A stretch of 64,000 bases of DNA from Schmidtea polychroa (GCA_044892525.1 CM097885.1:46192001-46256000), one strand, 5' to 3'. Positions 41,903 to 56,081 are shown, counted from the first letter of the stretch. Program-made: numbers and translations. The notes: generated from the sequence alone by a model not told the origin.

Positions 41903-42152
41903 AAATTAATTCATACTATTCCTGGTCTGAATTGCACGCCAGTTAGAAATGAACGAACTAGTATTGAAAAGAGTATTTCAGAATACACGGCAGATGTGAA
42001 TACAGAAATTGAAAAGCTTGAAGACCTGGAAATAGCAATTGAAGATCTTAGAATGAATGTGCTGAACAGAAAATGTCGAGTGAATATTGATGAAGTAGAA
42101 ATGCTGGCTTTGCATTTAAGTAGAATTAGCAAATGCTTAGCTATTAATAAAG
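41903..42152 (+). CDS. SRCIN1/KIAA1217-like protein, exon 4 (AIP3-like helical region)
   Basis: ttattacag| acceptor, phase 0; KLIHTIPG...KLEDLEIAIEDLRMNVLNRKCRVNIDEVEMLALHLSRISKCLAINK; g|gtaact donor; 250 nt. Confidence 0.9.
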
Positions 42153-42753
42153 GTAACTGACTTTATTTCAACAATGCAATTTCTGTTCGTTTAATTTTAA
42201 TATTTTCCTCACATTTGAATTTTTTATTTAAATTGATTTTTTGTTTTATTAATCCCTTAAAATCTTGTTGCTCACTTTATTTTTTCACTATATATTCATT
42301 TAAAATAATTCGACACATAGGAATTATTTCTGAGTTTAATAAGAATATAAAAATCAATTATGTCAAAAAAAACTTTCAACATATAAATTAAAATTAATCA
42401 ATAAATGTATGTGCATAATCGATTAATAAAAATATTTAAATCGTTAAACATTATAATTAATTGATGAATATATCGTGATAAATTTCGATTGCCACTTAAA
42501 AATAGAGATATTATTGATTTTTAAAACATAAATACAAAAATAAGAAAATCAAATAATTTTGATTTATTTGTCATTGATTAATTATTATCATTTCATTTGG
42601 AATATTCATTGGAACGATTACTGCATCAGATACAATTCGTGTGAGATTGAAACGGTTTATTTTATTATCGAAAATTCTCTTTGAATAAACTTGGCAGCAA
42701 ATGTTTATAATAATTATTCATTTATTGCATCCTCCTAGTACTAATTTGGGAAA

Positions 42754-42846
42754 TTGACAAGGACTATCTTATAGTAGAAATTTTTTTCATTTGTTTTAAA
42801 TATATGATTCGCAGCAAAAGGATTAATTTATCATTTAATTGTTTAA
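42754..42846 (+). repeat. Family A, right arm only, degenerate
   Basis: TTGACAAGGACTATCTTATAGTAGAAATTTTTTTCAT...TTCGCAGCAAAAGGATTAATTTATCATTTAATTGTTTAA. Confidence 0.8.
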
Positions 42847-43756
42847 TATTATTGAAAAATAAATAATTTTAAATATTTCTAATGTATTTTAATTCTAAAA
42901 ATAATAAAATAGATTTTGAATTGAAAGAAAAAAAATCATTTTCGTTGTATTTTATTAACATCAGATACAATAGTGTTAAATTACCGTCTAATACGATTCT
43001 ATTGCTTCCATCGAGTGTAAAATATCTATTATGTTGATTCTTATTTGATATTTTTATTTAAAGAAAATAATATATTCATGAAATTCAAGGAATCCAGCAT
43101 TATTTAAAAGTAGAGTAATATGTTTATCTTGGCCTGACCCTTATGTTATACCAATTGTGATAAAATCTGTGTATTAAAGAAAGCTATAGTACCCATGAGG
43201 GTCTCCGTTCAAAAGGTTTTAACAAGAAAACTGGAGTGATTGTGAGTGAAATAATTGTATTTGTGTGTGTATATATTTTATAAATTATGCAAAAAAATTT
43301 AAAACAATAACTAAAATAATTCTTACAGAATTCCAACTTTTATTAGAAAAATCAGTTAAATAATTAACGAACCTAGTCTTCGTATTATACAATATCGTTT
43401 AGCAATTTTTCTCAAATCCCAACTTTCTTCCAAATAGTTATATTCTAGTTTTTTTAAAAGATTTTATAATAAAGGTTTGTTTTAAAATTATTATTAAAGA
43501 GAAAATTATTGAAATATATTTTTTTACTAAAATATGATGCTTTCAGAGTAATTATCTAATAATATAATTTTTATTCTTTTAATATATTTTTCTCATAATA
43601 TTCTCATTTTTTTCAAAATTATTTTTAAAATATTTAACTAGTTCTGAATTTTTACAATAAATCTTTTATCAGAATTTAGATATACTAACAAATTAGATAT
43701 AAAGACAAATTGTGCAAAAATAAATATAATAATATTAATGATAATAATATCAATCG

Positions 43757-44272
43757 TTTAATTTCCATTAATGATTGAGCCAAAGCTGATATTTGCTTTT
43801 GCATATGATCAGAAGTACCAGGATACATTGTCGAACCACCTTATATGATAAAATAATATAAATCTGTATGAATTTCTACATCGCATTTTATTATGCTGCT
43901 ATAAGTCATCTCATGAATACCAGCAGTTTCAATTCACAAGAATGATAACAGGACCAGGATTCTGGGTATCTGGTTCATTCATTTTCAATGGTAATAACTT
44001 GATCATCTGATAGTTATAACTCTTTTCAAGTAACGATGAAAAAGCACCAGTTTACATTTCTTGTTCAAAGTCAGGAGCAATGTGACACAAATTTTTTAAT
44101 ATCTCTAGCAATTTCTCTTTCGGCTAAATCAATTTTACCAATAACATGGGGTGAATCATATCTTTTGTAAATAAATAGGAATTGTGTGCGTTATATCATC
44201 GCCATAATCTTTCTTAGACGGAGCCTTATCACCAACATAACTATCTGTTTGACTCATACCAATCATAATCAT
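43757..44272 (-). pseudogene. Actin pseudogene, decayed and internally deleted
   Basis: Minus-strand blocks IMIGMSQTDSYVGDKAPSK, DYGDDITHTIPIY, PHVIGKIDLA, EREIARDIK, CHIAPDFEQEM*, LEKSY/LSDDQVITIENE, ETAGIHEMTYSSIIKCDVEI, GSTMYPGTSDHMQKQISALA, collinear with actin residues ~43-328. Confidence 0.95.
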
Positions 44273-44484
44273 AAACTAAGGACAAAAACTTTTAAAATGT
44301 TTATTATTCGAAAAAATATCCAAAATCTGACTTTTTAAACAACCCAAAAAATATTCCAAATTTCAGAACGAAAATAATTCCAATAAAAGCCAGAAGAAAT
44401 TCACTTCCGAAATTAAAAACATCCAACTACTCAACATGTAAAAAATTAATGTGCGCACACAGACCCGAGTAGTTGGAATTAACC

Positions 44485-44540
<56 letters not shown>

Positions 44541-44548
44541 TAATAATG

Positions 44549-44598
<50 letters not shown>

Positions 44599-44618
44599 TA
44601 ATAATAATAATAATAATA

Positions 44619-44669
<51 letters not shown>

Positions 44670-44736
44670 TAATAAATAATAATAATAATAATGATAAATA
44701 ATGATAATAATGATAAATAATAATAATAAATAATAA
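44485..44736. repeat. Imperfect (AAT)n microsatellite
   Basis: Direct reading. Confidence 0.95.
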
Positions 44737-45813
44737 TGTCAATAAAATCAATAAAATAATATTAAGAATTTATAAATAGAAGTTTGTAAAATAATACATT
44801 GAAACACATTATGAAAATTTCTACTCCTTTGCTACTTTCTAATAATAAATTGTTCATTACACAACATTGACTGTTTAATTAATTAGCTGTATTAACAAAA
44901 AGGCAAATGACAGAAATTAATTAAATCAGAAACTGATTACATTGAGATCAAATGTGTTGCACGAGCACTTATTCCATGCTAGCGGCACGATAAATGGATT
45001 TCTGTAAATTATAATTCTATTTTCTGCAGTTCCACTTGTAAAAAATTTGAATATAACCAAATAAAATTGCGTCTCATTTTCTATCAAGCTTCACCTGAAA
45101 TTTAAATTAAATTTAACATCAATCATAATATTTTTCATTATTTTAAAATAATCTTTTAATTTTAGAAATAAAAATAACATTTTCTAGAACTTGAATTTGT
45201 AAATCCCGATATACCTTAATATTTTTTTACTAAAACTATATTTCTTTTATCAAAAAATTATTTCAAAAGAAAGAAATGGGTAAATGTCTGTTATTGTTTC
45301 ATACATTAATTAATTTAATTAATTGTGTAATCAATAAAAAAATTGATAATCGAAAAACTCAAAAATTACATTACTTTAACATTACATCACAGAAGTAAAT
45401 AGAAGTGATCCCGATGATCACGCTTCCTAGTAAAGAAAACAAAAAGATTTTTCACGTAAGTCGGTAAAATCACTATCCCGTTGTACTTTTCCAAATAATT
45501 TTCTTCATTGAAAAAGAATTTTATTTTCTTTTTGTTATATCAACTCAGTGAACAACCCTTAGAATAATTCTAACGATTTTAAAAAAATTAAAAAAAAATA
45601 TTTTCAATAATTTAATTCATCATAAAGTTTTATTGAAGCTATTATTTCAGAATAAAATTATCATTTTAAATTTTAAATTTTAATGGGTTTTTCTAAGCGG
45701 CTGTCTATATCTTTGAAAAAAATCTTGAATATGAAAATCAAATTGTTTTAAATATACCTGAAATTTTAATCTGTAGATTTTATCAAAGTATTTTTTTTCT
45801 TTTTCTTTTTCTT

Positions 45814-45942
<129 letters not shown>

Positions 45943-46117
45943 GTAAAACAAAATTTAAATCTAATTATAGTACTTCCATAAATACAATTTATTTTCAATT
46001 ATGAATTATTTTTGTATAAAAATTCTGATGAAAAGCGATTTAATTATTCCAATTATTTTTTCTATTTTTAGAATATTTAAATTCTATTTATTTCTATCTT
46101 GATTAATTTCCATTCAG

Positions 46118-46193
46118 CTGATTTTCCTGAACTGGAGTTGCGATTGAAACAAATATTGCAAACTGAAACAGAAATTATCGATTTGAATAAAAA
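46118..46193 (+). CDS. SRCIN1/KIAA1217-like protein, exon 5 (76 nt)
   Basis: ttccattcag| ... |gtaaga; ADFPELELRLKQILQTETEIIDLNKK resembles family xFPxLQxKMRxVLRxEVE; phases 1 and 2 match both neighbours. Confidence 0.9.
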
Positions 46194-46990
46194 GTAAGAT
46201 AGAGGTTTCTTAATAATCTTTAAGGGTTTTAAAGGAAATTTCATTGAAAAAATTATTTACATTATTTAAAGGAATACTTGAAGTAATTAGACGTTGACGA
46301 GTTGAGGTTCGTTTCTGTATTTTCTAATCGCTTTCTATGTTTATCATTAAACTCACTATTAATTATAGGTTCAATATTTCTAAATAATATAAATTAGTGC
46401 TTAAATCAATAAAATAATTTATGGAGCTTTTTTCTAGCTTTAATGGAGTAAAACTGGTTATTTTATATTGGAATGGACTTTTAAAACGCCCTATTAGTTT
46501 GTTCTTGCTAAACGATTGTTACGGCTCTGGGGAATACTTCCCATTCCAATGGTAAATATCAACACTTGATAATAGAATCATTTTGTTACCCATATGTTTA
46601 TACTTCTTTGTGGTAAAATAAAGCATTTTTGTGCCCATAATTTTGATATTGGTGCTCACAACGGTTCGATTGCCACTAAGTTTGTCATCCAAAGCCTACA
46701 ATTCCACCCCTCCAACTATATATCATTTATATTCGTGAGACAAAATGCAACTAGTAACAGTAATTGAATGTACTGAATTAGTTAAACCACGAATAAATAT
46801 TAATTTTAAATTTTATTACATTAAAAAACACTTTTAAATCACGGTTTAAAAATATGATTGAAACATCATAAAATTTGTAATGCAAAACTCTAGGGATTCA
46901 TGAGCCACTGGTTGGGAACCAATTTCATAATGTATGATCGGTGTATGCGAGACCATATAAGATAAAATAAATTATTATTTTTATTTACAA

Positions 46991-46996
<6 letters not shown>

Positions 46997-47043
<47 letters not shown>
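46997..47043. repeat. (TA)n microsatellite
   Basis: Direct reading. Confidence 0.95.
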
Positions 47044-47045
<2 letters not shown>

Positions 47046-47479
47046 AATAATGTTTAGTTTTGAAACATTATTTAGATGCCTAGTTAAAACAATGAAACGA
47101 TCACTAATACAATACGATATTTGTTTTTATCTCACATGATGATTTATTATTAATTAATAATTAATTAATGGTTCTATTTTCGATTCTCTACTTTGATGGT
47201 GATTCTATTTTTATAATTAATTAAACCGTACAAAAATAATGTGTTTCAGCTTTTTTATAATGTTTTGATCGACATTTAATAAATTCAAAAAATATTTTTG
47301 TTTTAATGTACTCCAAACTTTATTTTTTAAACTTATTTATTTGTAAGGAAATTTTTTTGAGAAAACTTGAGAAAACTTTAGAAATAGGTGGGAAAATTAA
47401 CTTTTAAAGGTGCCATGTCCAATAAATACCACAGAACAAATCAAATTTTTTTGTAATTATTTAGTTGGGAATAGTCAAA

Positions 47480-48700
47480 ATAAATTATACATCTATTTAC
47501 ATGGCTGACAAATGTCGGTAAACATTTATATTTGCAATTGAATTCAATTGTAAGTTGACATATGTAATATTTTTATGTTTTGACAAATTACATTTCCATA
47601 GTTTTTTTGGTTATAAGTATATTAGTTGAATTTTAATACTGTTGAGGCGTAATTTTGTAGTGAATTTCAGCATTTCCATCTATTCTGTTGATTAGAATTT
47701 CTTGATATCCATTGTTACTTTTCTCTAAACTATTTCCCTGTCATTTGTTACTTGTAGAGTTGAAATCTTTGTATTTTAAATACCAGTAATCTGACATACG
47801 GATTTGTTCATTTCTTTCATTCATCTGACGTTGTTGCTGATTCCATATTTGGCTTTCATTTAACTTTGCAGTTTTTGCAAAATCTTTCCGTGCATGCTGT
47901 ATAGCAGCAATATTTGGATTTTCTTTTGAATGTTGTCAAACTTGATTTTTCGATCTTTTATTTTTTCTAATATTTTCATACATTTTTCTTTTGTTTAGGA
48001 TCTTCAATAGCATTTTTAATTAAAAATATTTTAAAATCGTTTTTTGTTCAAGACATTTTGTATTTATATTTCTCTGTGGTCTTCTGAAATTTCAGTAAGT
48101 TCAAAAGATTTTTCAGTTTCTTCAAAAAATATTTACACATCATCTCTAATTTCAAATGTTTCAGGCGGTTGAATAAATTCCAGTCTGAAGTTTAGAAATT
48201 TTTACATAATATACATTTTGTACATACACCAAGCTTCTAAAGACTTCAAGTTCTTCGATAGACGTATTTTAGTGATTAACTTTGAGTTGCCTTTCCGTCT
48301 AATTTTCTACTCAGTTAATGTTATGTCGCAAAATACTATTATCGAAAGGCATATGAAAGGCACTAAAACAATCATCTTTGTTGACTGATTGAAAAGCTTT
48401 GAAAGTGAATCCAAACTTCCCTCTAAACACATTATGACGATGATTTCTCTAATGTTCTTTTAATATTTATATTACTTTTTCTTCATATTGTTCTTTCTTT
48501 TTCAGAATAGAGATTATCCTAATCATGCTCATATGAGTTGATATAATCACTTCTACTGTAACCACTACTTTCAATATCATTACTAAAACAATCTCTTTGA
48601 TAAGATTCATTTTCTTTTTTCCTGTTTCTTTGGCTTGTTCTGACAGGTTTTCTTCCATGTTCTCATTGACAATGGCGCTTTACTAGAACAAGCTATTCTT
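47480..48700 (-). pseudogene. Heavily decayed piggyBac-like transposase
   Basis: Acidic N-terminal segment, then RHNVFRGKFG...FSAFHMPFDNSILRHNIN*...TSIEELEVFRSLVYVQ (PGBD N-terminal core); Cys remnants (TDICQPCK) near 47500. Confidence 0.6.
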
Positions 48701-49038
48701 TGCCTTCTCACCTTCCCGTCTGAATTATAATTATTCAGAGATGTCGACTATTTACTACAAGGGCATTGAGTCTTCTTTATTTTGGATTGAAATTTAAGTG
48801 CTTTAGAACTACTTGAAAAATCTTGAAAAGCAATTATAACCTTTCACCTGATTGATTGACAAAATTCAAAGTATTTCGATAAATGCGTGAGTACTCTAAT
48901 AAAAGGTTTTCTTTCAGTGTATAAACCACTTCTTACTTGAAAATGAACTGACGTGGAATGTAAATAAAATCTATTGTTCCTATTATCCAGTGAAACATTT
49001 CTTCTACAACCTTTGATAAAATAACGGTTGTAGATTAT

Positions 49039-49534
49039 GGTATACATTTATATCCGCGCGCCCACAACCGCGCTGTTAAAAAACGCGCGCAAACAATACC
49101 GCGACCTTGAAAATCGCGACTTGTGAGCAGAAAGATTACATAACAACAAAATACATACAACTAAAATACTTACAATCTTAATCATAGTGATTTAACTATT
49201 TTAATATATTATTATTTATAGTTTTGCTTAAATAATGTTAGGTTTTATTTTGTTTCATTTTATAGTAATTCTTTTTGATGATGTTTGGGGAGAAAAATAA
49301 TTAGTAGATCGGAAAGGTTAAGAAAGACAAGTTAAAACTAAAAGGTTAGGAATTGAAAAGGTAAAAAAATAGAAAAAATGAAAATGAAAATGAAAGAATA
49401 AAAATAATTCGTTTAATATGACGCGCGGTTATGATCGACGCTATTATTATTAGCTCGCGGTTATGATGGTGGCGGTTTAGAGTGCGCGTTCTTCTAACGA
49501 CGCCGTATAGAGCGCGCGGTTATTAAAGTAAACC
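49039..49534. mobile_element. MULE/Mutator-type MITE, 496 bp
   Basis: 9-bp TSD GTAGATTAT at 49030-49038 and 49535-49543; GG...CC ends; ~80-110 bp imperfect TIRs built from CCGCG motifs. Confidence 0.88.
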
Positions 49535-49887
49535 GTAGATTATACATGAATCCTGTAATAATTAAAATATTTTTGAATTATTCAAGGATGTAACATTCAA
49601 TAACTGTTCATTTTTCCAAAAATATAAACTACGGTAACGATGCCAAGATTATATTTAGATGAGGAAAGACGTTTTCTGGATTTTGTAGACATCTCCCTTG
49701 TCCGCGCCATTGCTGAATAAAAAATGTTAATAATTTCCATTTATTGAAAGTTATTTGTATATATGAACACGAAAAATATGAATAAATACAGCATTTGGTC
49801 ATTTATTGAGAAAGTTGTCAAAGTTGTTACTACTTTTCTTGGAGTTTTATTAGAAATATGTAAAGATACTATAAATATATGATGGCT

Positions 49888-50479
49888 CAGTGGCGTACCA
49901 AGGATTTCTGGGGCCCTTGTGCAGATTTTGGGACGCACAAAATATTTGTCGAACGAAGTGATCTGAGGAACCAAACCATAGGCAGGCTTGGGGGAAGGTG
50001 ATTAGCAATATCCAACTAATTATACAATTATTGTGAATTGATATACAATAAGCAATATTATTTTTATCCTTTTTACCGCATAGTAAACATCAACAAAACT
50101 CTATGACCTCTGCCATGATGTCGTTATACCGCCATTTTGAATCGAGTAGGCAAGTAAATTGGATTTGACGTTTTATTAATAAACAAGTCCTCATCACATA
50201 AAAAAACCCAACGTCAAGTAAAGCAAATAATTTAATAGATGAATGGGTGTGACATATGTGGTTTACAACAATATCCAATATAGATTCCTAATAATATTAA
50301 ATGTATAAACCGTCCAAACTGTGGTTGCTGTCTTAATAAAAACAAAACAAACGCCAAAGCGATGCTTGGTTTGATGACAATCGGGGAATTTATAATGCTC
50401 GAACGTATAAATTTTACTAATTTTTCGTCCTGGGCCCTTGTGCCGTGCACAACCTGCACAACCTATTGCTACGCCACTG
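49888..50479. mobile_element. hAT-type MITE, 592 bp
   Basis: CAGTGGCGTA...TACGCCACTG TIRs; 8-bp TSD TGATGGCT at 49880-49887 and 50480-50487. Confidence 0.93.
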
Positions 50480-51364
50480 TGATGGCTACAATTATTTCGT
50501 ATGGAAATAACTCGAGTTTGGATATCAAAGGATTAGCACTGAATATTCGGATAGCCCTGAATCTTCATTTTATGTTTTAATATACTTATTCAGACAAGGT
50601 ACTTAACAAGGTATAATGAAAATAGTTCCTAGCCCATAAAGATGAAAAACCGGACAGTTGATGCCTCAGCATAACAATTTAATAAAACCAGAAATGTTAA
50701 GAAATCTCATAGTCGAATTCCATGGCAGAATCAATTTGTTAATGAAATATTTAACTGTCTCATTATAATTGACTGTTCATTCGTGTAAATTAAATTATTT
50801 AGTAATTATTTGGGTTGAAAATTTAACTTTTACATAGAATTTTCGATCATAGAATTTTAATTAATAAAATAGCATGGTGGAATTTTCTGTGTCAAAATAA
50901 ATATTTCTATTTCAATTATTATATTTATATTTTTTATATTTCAATTTTATATAATCAACTTCTTGGATAATAATTTGTTTTAAGATACAAAATTTTTGAA
51001 AGAACTAATTAAATATTATTAATTAACATTTTCTTGAATTTATCTTATTTATTATATTATATTTTTTACATATAATTTATAATTATTTTTTTTATTTTTT
51101 TTTAATATTTATTATATTATTATTTAAAATTATTTATTATTATTAATATTAATAAAGAATGATGGTTTTTTGATAGTAACATAAATTAAATGTTAATAAA
51201 GTACATTATAGGATAAGACTAAGCTGCAAAATACGTATTGAATTATAGGAGAGAATTTTGCAGCAAAAGCTTACCCTATCATTTATATTTATATTATCAT
51301 AATTTATAATATTATTTATTATCATTATTTATAGATATTATTAATTATTTATTTTTTATTATTA

Positions 51365-51396
<32 letters not shown>

Positions 51397-51660
51397 TTTA
51401 CTATTGTTGTTGAAATAAACATTTTTTTCACTGATCTCCAAAAACAATTTTATTCAATATTTTTAAACCAATTTTAAGGAATAAACTTTAAAACCGATAG
51501 AGATATTAATTGTAGAAATTTCAAAATTTCTTTATAATAATAATTGCATTTTAAATAAAATATTTCATAAAATTTCAAAATAATGATTTATTTTTTAAAA
51601 TAACAATTTAAAAAAAATTTATATTTTATATATTTTATATTTATAATCAATATTTGTATT

Positions 51661-51865
51661 AATACAATAAAATGATAATTTAAGCCTTTTGCTGCGAATA
51701 ATGTTTTTAATGAAAATATTTTCAATTATAAGATAGTTCTTGTCAAGGATTATCTTATAGTCGAAAGTTTTTTCATTAAATACATTGTTCGCAGCAAAAG
51801 GCTTAAATTATCACTTTATTGTTTTAAATAATAAATACTGCTACCAAGAAATCATCACTTTATAA
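51661..51865 (+). repeat. Family A, full diverged copy
   Basis: Both arms around centre CTTG-T-CAAG plus tail ATACTGCTACCAAGAAATCATCACTTTATAAT. Confidence 0.93.
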
Positions 51866-53280
51866 TTGTATTAATGTGTTTTGTAAATTTATTCTTCATT
51901 ATATTTTTTGTTATTTTGAAATAAATTTCTTTTCCTAATTCCATAAGGCAGCAGAATCAGTTCCGTACAAAATTTTTTCACTTAATAATTGTAGATATTC
52001 TATGAGTTTATCAGTTTATTTGAATCATTTCCCCGAAAATTATCATATTAACAGCTTAAAGTTTTTTTAAAACTTTTAAAAGAATTTATAATTTTTAAAA
52101 TGTTTTCAAATTAACTATTAAATTAACTGATAATATTAATCTAAATATAAAAATATAAAACAAAATTGGTAGACTAACATTAGATTAAAATTATGCCTAA
52201 AATGGGCTGATTTGATGTCATGAACAATTAAAACATTAAATGAAATTAAATTATAAATAATATTAAATTATTTTTTACTAATTTTTTTAACTTCTAAAAA
52301 TAATTTTTTGGAATTAAAATATTTAGAGAATTAATGGAAAATTTATTTAAAACGTTTAAGAAATATTCACAACCGAATAATGACAAATTATTTTCCATTT
52401 CAAAATTGGCATATTTATCTAATTGATTGACATCTTTGCCTGTTTCTAAGCCTCTTAGTAAACATAATATCTGCGTTGTTGGTTGCAAGGGAAGGCGGTA
52501 AGCATTTAGAAACATCTCCTGGAAATTATTATTAAATTTATTTATTTGTTAAATGAGTAATATTAAAAAAATATGAGAACTTGTAATATTTTGCAATTCA
52601 TATAAACAAAAAATATAAAGTATTTGTTAATTATGTGAATATTGTTTTAACTATTCTTATAATATATAAAATAGATTGTTGCGTATATAACCGTGAAATA
52701 AAAAAGACGGGATGAGAACATTTGTTCAAAAGCAATGAAAATTAGAGAAATGTAAATTATGTAAAAGATTTCTATTCCATAATTTGATTGACTAGCATTT
52801 GGTAAAGTACTCTCATGTATACTTTTAGTTGTAATTATTTTTGTTTTTGCTGCTTTTTGATGCCTAAAGGTTTTTGATAAACAACATGCAAATGTTTGAT
52901 TTTTTACGCCTTGCCATTCGTCCCAATGTTACAATTTCAATTTCTTCTCGATGTAAAAACAATTATATAAATTATGTTTTTATATTAAATACAAATGAAA
53001 TAACAGAATAAATGAAATATTTTTTGATACATCATACCCCACCTAAATAAATACATTTCTTTTTTTATATTTATCTGAAAAACGGTTTATCTAAAATAGA
53101 ATTGTCGTGTTAAAAAAACTACTGAAATATATTTTATTTTATATTAATCAAACGCTAATATATTTGTTAATGTTGTTAAAATCTGTTTGGAATTTATTGA
53201 CATGTTTTTTAATTTATATTAAATAAATAAAATACTTGGTTAATAGATCTGTTTTCACCATCTTGGCCTACCATATATAT

Positions 53281-54409
53281 TAAGGATTGTAAATTTACCG
53301 ATTTTTTCATTTACCGGTAAATCGGTAAATGAAAATTAAATCACCGGTTTACCGGGAAATTACCGGGAAATTTCTTTTTCTAAAAGATAAAATAAAGTTG
53401 ACATAAAAACAAGTTTAAATTTCCTTTTCATGATTTTTATTTCAAAAATATGAAAAATATGAATATTAATGTATTATTATAAATCTAAACAAACTATAAT
53501 AATATTTTAGAAACAAATAAAAATAAAGTAAAAAAAATAATAATGACACAGAAAAGCTTTATTAACTAATAGTTTTCTATTTATTAACATATTTTAAAAA
53601 ATAGCTCCTCAAAAAACTTAAATTATTTTAAGTGATATCTCCCAATTTTGTTCTTATTTTTGTACAAAATAACCCAGAGCCCGAGAATACCCTTTCTGAA
53701 TCAACACTTGTTGGACGAATTGTCATCAAATAATCATATACCATTTGAATATGCTTTCCTCGTATTTTCTCTTGGCGGAAGTACTCCAATTCTTTTTTCA
53801 CAATATATTACCATTTTTTTGTCTTTTTGTTGTGGAACTGAACATTTCGAGCATTCTGTTTTTAGTTTTATCAGATCGTATAATTTCTGCTTTATAGGCT
53901 GTAGAAGTGTCAATATTTTATTATCTGACTCTAAACTGGTCCAAATCAGAATGATTTAACTGAATCTGACTATCAACAATAATAATCGAAAGTATATCCA
54001 CAATACTTTTGATTATTGTTGCTTTATTGGTGATATGAAAAATATCGTAGTTTTCCTGATTCGAAAAAACCAAATTAGAGTCTGTCAAATATTGCAGAAC
54101 ATGGAGTACTCGATTTGATAAGTGGCACGTTAATATCAAATGTAATAGCATAATAGCTTAAAAGCTTAAACTTACCTTAGCTTTCAAAACTCGCACAAAA
54201 TACAAACAAATTAACTGAGAAAATATGTAAAATAAAGTAATTTATTTATAAAAATTGTAACTTTTTGTAAATCGTGTAAAGGACTCGTAACTTTTACTTT
54301 TAGGTATTTATAAATACGATATTTTACACATAAAAATTTCTAGCAAGGATTTTTGATTTACCGAGTGATTTTTTTGCCAATTTACCAGTTTACCGGTATA
54401 CAATCCCTA
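53281..54409 (-). mobile_element. Internally deleted hAT transposon retaining the dimerization domain
   Basis: TAAGGATTGTA/TACAATCCCTA TIRs; TSD ATATATAT on both sides; subterminal TTTACCG repeats; minus-strand RGKHIQMVYDYLMTIRPTSVDSERVFSGSGLFCTKIRTKLGD...FLRSYF. Confidence 0.92.
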
Positions 54410-54496
54410 ATATATATGCATAGCATATGAATTGTCAAAAACTATTTACATACATAAAAACTAAGACATTTTACAAGATCATTACAAGATACTTGA

Positions 54497-54727
54497 CTGT
54501 TTGCGGACGAAATTAATTTATTAATATATCATTTTTTAGCATTAAATTTTTTAGTATACGAATGCTTGATATCGTGTTATGATTCTTTTGAAGTTTGGCC
54601 AGCACAGCTGGTCATTATACATTGTTAAACATCTGGAACCAAATTCGTGGCCAAAATCTCTGGCCTACCGTTCGCAACCGTATAAGCAATTTAAGGCAAG
54701 CACAGCTGGCCTACCGTCCGCAAACGG
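54497..54727. mobile_element. piggyBac-like MITE with a duplicated right end
   Basis: TTGA|CTGTTTGCGGACG ... CGTCCGCAAACGG|TTAA; second degenerate end TGGCCTACCGTTCGCAACCGTATAA at 54661-54685. Confidence 0.6.
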
Positions 54728-55164
54728 TTAAACATCACATTTTCATCACATATTGTCTTGTTCATCTTCAAGAGTAGAGTTTAAATAAAAGAATTTGATC
54801 GCTCATCTTCTTCTATTTTAAATACATATGTATCAGTGATCTGTGGTATTTATTGCCTATTATACAACCTAAAGAAAATTTTCAACAACATATACGCTTT
54901 ATTTATTGTTTATATCTTCATCGAAGAATATCTGTTGACTGTCCTGTTCTCGCTTAAGTATATTAAGCTTTCAGTTGTCAACAGGCTTTCAATAAAACTA
55001 CATTGAATATGTTAAAATGAAATATATTAATAAACTAATGATAATGTATTTGATTTGATTTCAGAATATTTTATATTTTTATATATAATTTTTTAATTAA
55101 TTATCGATTTATTTTTTAACATTAAATTTTTTATCTTGCAATTTATTATCATATATTTTTCCAG

Positions 55165-55248
55165 ATTCCTTCAAACAGAACCGAAAAGATTGGACAGTTC
55201 ATTAAAATTGTGCAAAAAACTAATCAGCACTCTTTTTACTTTGAAAAG
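55165..55248 (+). CDS. SRCIN1/KIAA1217-like protein, exon 6 (84 nt)
   Basis: tttttccag| ... ag|gtaaat; KFLQTEPKRLDSSLKLCKKLISTLFTLKR matches family KFLKEEPxRLDxxLxRCKKLTGTLxTLKR. Confidence 0.92.
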
Positions 55249-56081
55249 GTAAATTCAAATTGGTATAATATTCTAATAAATTTATTGATTTTGTATTAAT
55301 TAGTATATGTTAAAATATGTCACAAATATTTATTAAATATTAAACAAAAGATTTTTTAAAAATAAATTTCTGTAAATAATCCCACTGCAAACTTTCTCTG
55401 ATTCTATTTTCAAATTATCAGTGGGGTAAATGTGTCACGAATAAATAATAAAATGTAAATAGCTTTATGCAAAACTGTGCAAATTGGCTTTTCTATAGTG
55501 TAATATTTTAAGAGAATTAATGAATTATTTCACTGTACGTTTTGGGATTTGTTAGTTATATTTTTGGAACAATCTAACAATTTAGGTAATTTTATTAAAT
55601 AATAAATATATGACTTTTAAGGTTTTAGTGTAAGATCATTATTTAGCTATTGATAATTAGTAGCAAAATATTGGAAACATTTATTATATGCACTAAACCA
55701 ATTATGTGATTTTAAAGTCTGATTCCTAATTTTCGTGTCAAAGGATCTGATAAAGCTTAAATAGTATTATCATTTTGTGTAATTTTTCACTCATCCAAAT
55801 GTTGGACTGAATTAATTTGATAACTATGTTTTATAGTATTTTTAGTTTTAGGACAATAGTAATTGTGACATGTTCATGCCAAATGTAGCATTTTAATAGT
55901 TTTCCTAAATAGATGTTCAAATCATTTATCTAAATTTTTAAATTCATGAAATTCTAAGCATGTACTTTTCAAAAGTCTCTACCTCGTTACTTTTATCGTA
56001 TGCTTTATATTTTGCCTTTCTCTTTCTCCTTTTTTATTTTGAAGCTTTTTTTTGCTTAACCTTCTTTATCATTTCCTCCTC

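Noticed and set aside
45384..45455. Exon-like block ending in a strong gtaagt donor
   Set aside because: Its open frame ends in phase 0, incompatible with the phase-1 exon at 46118.
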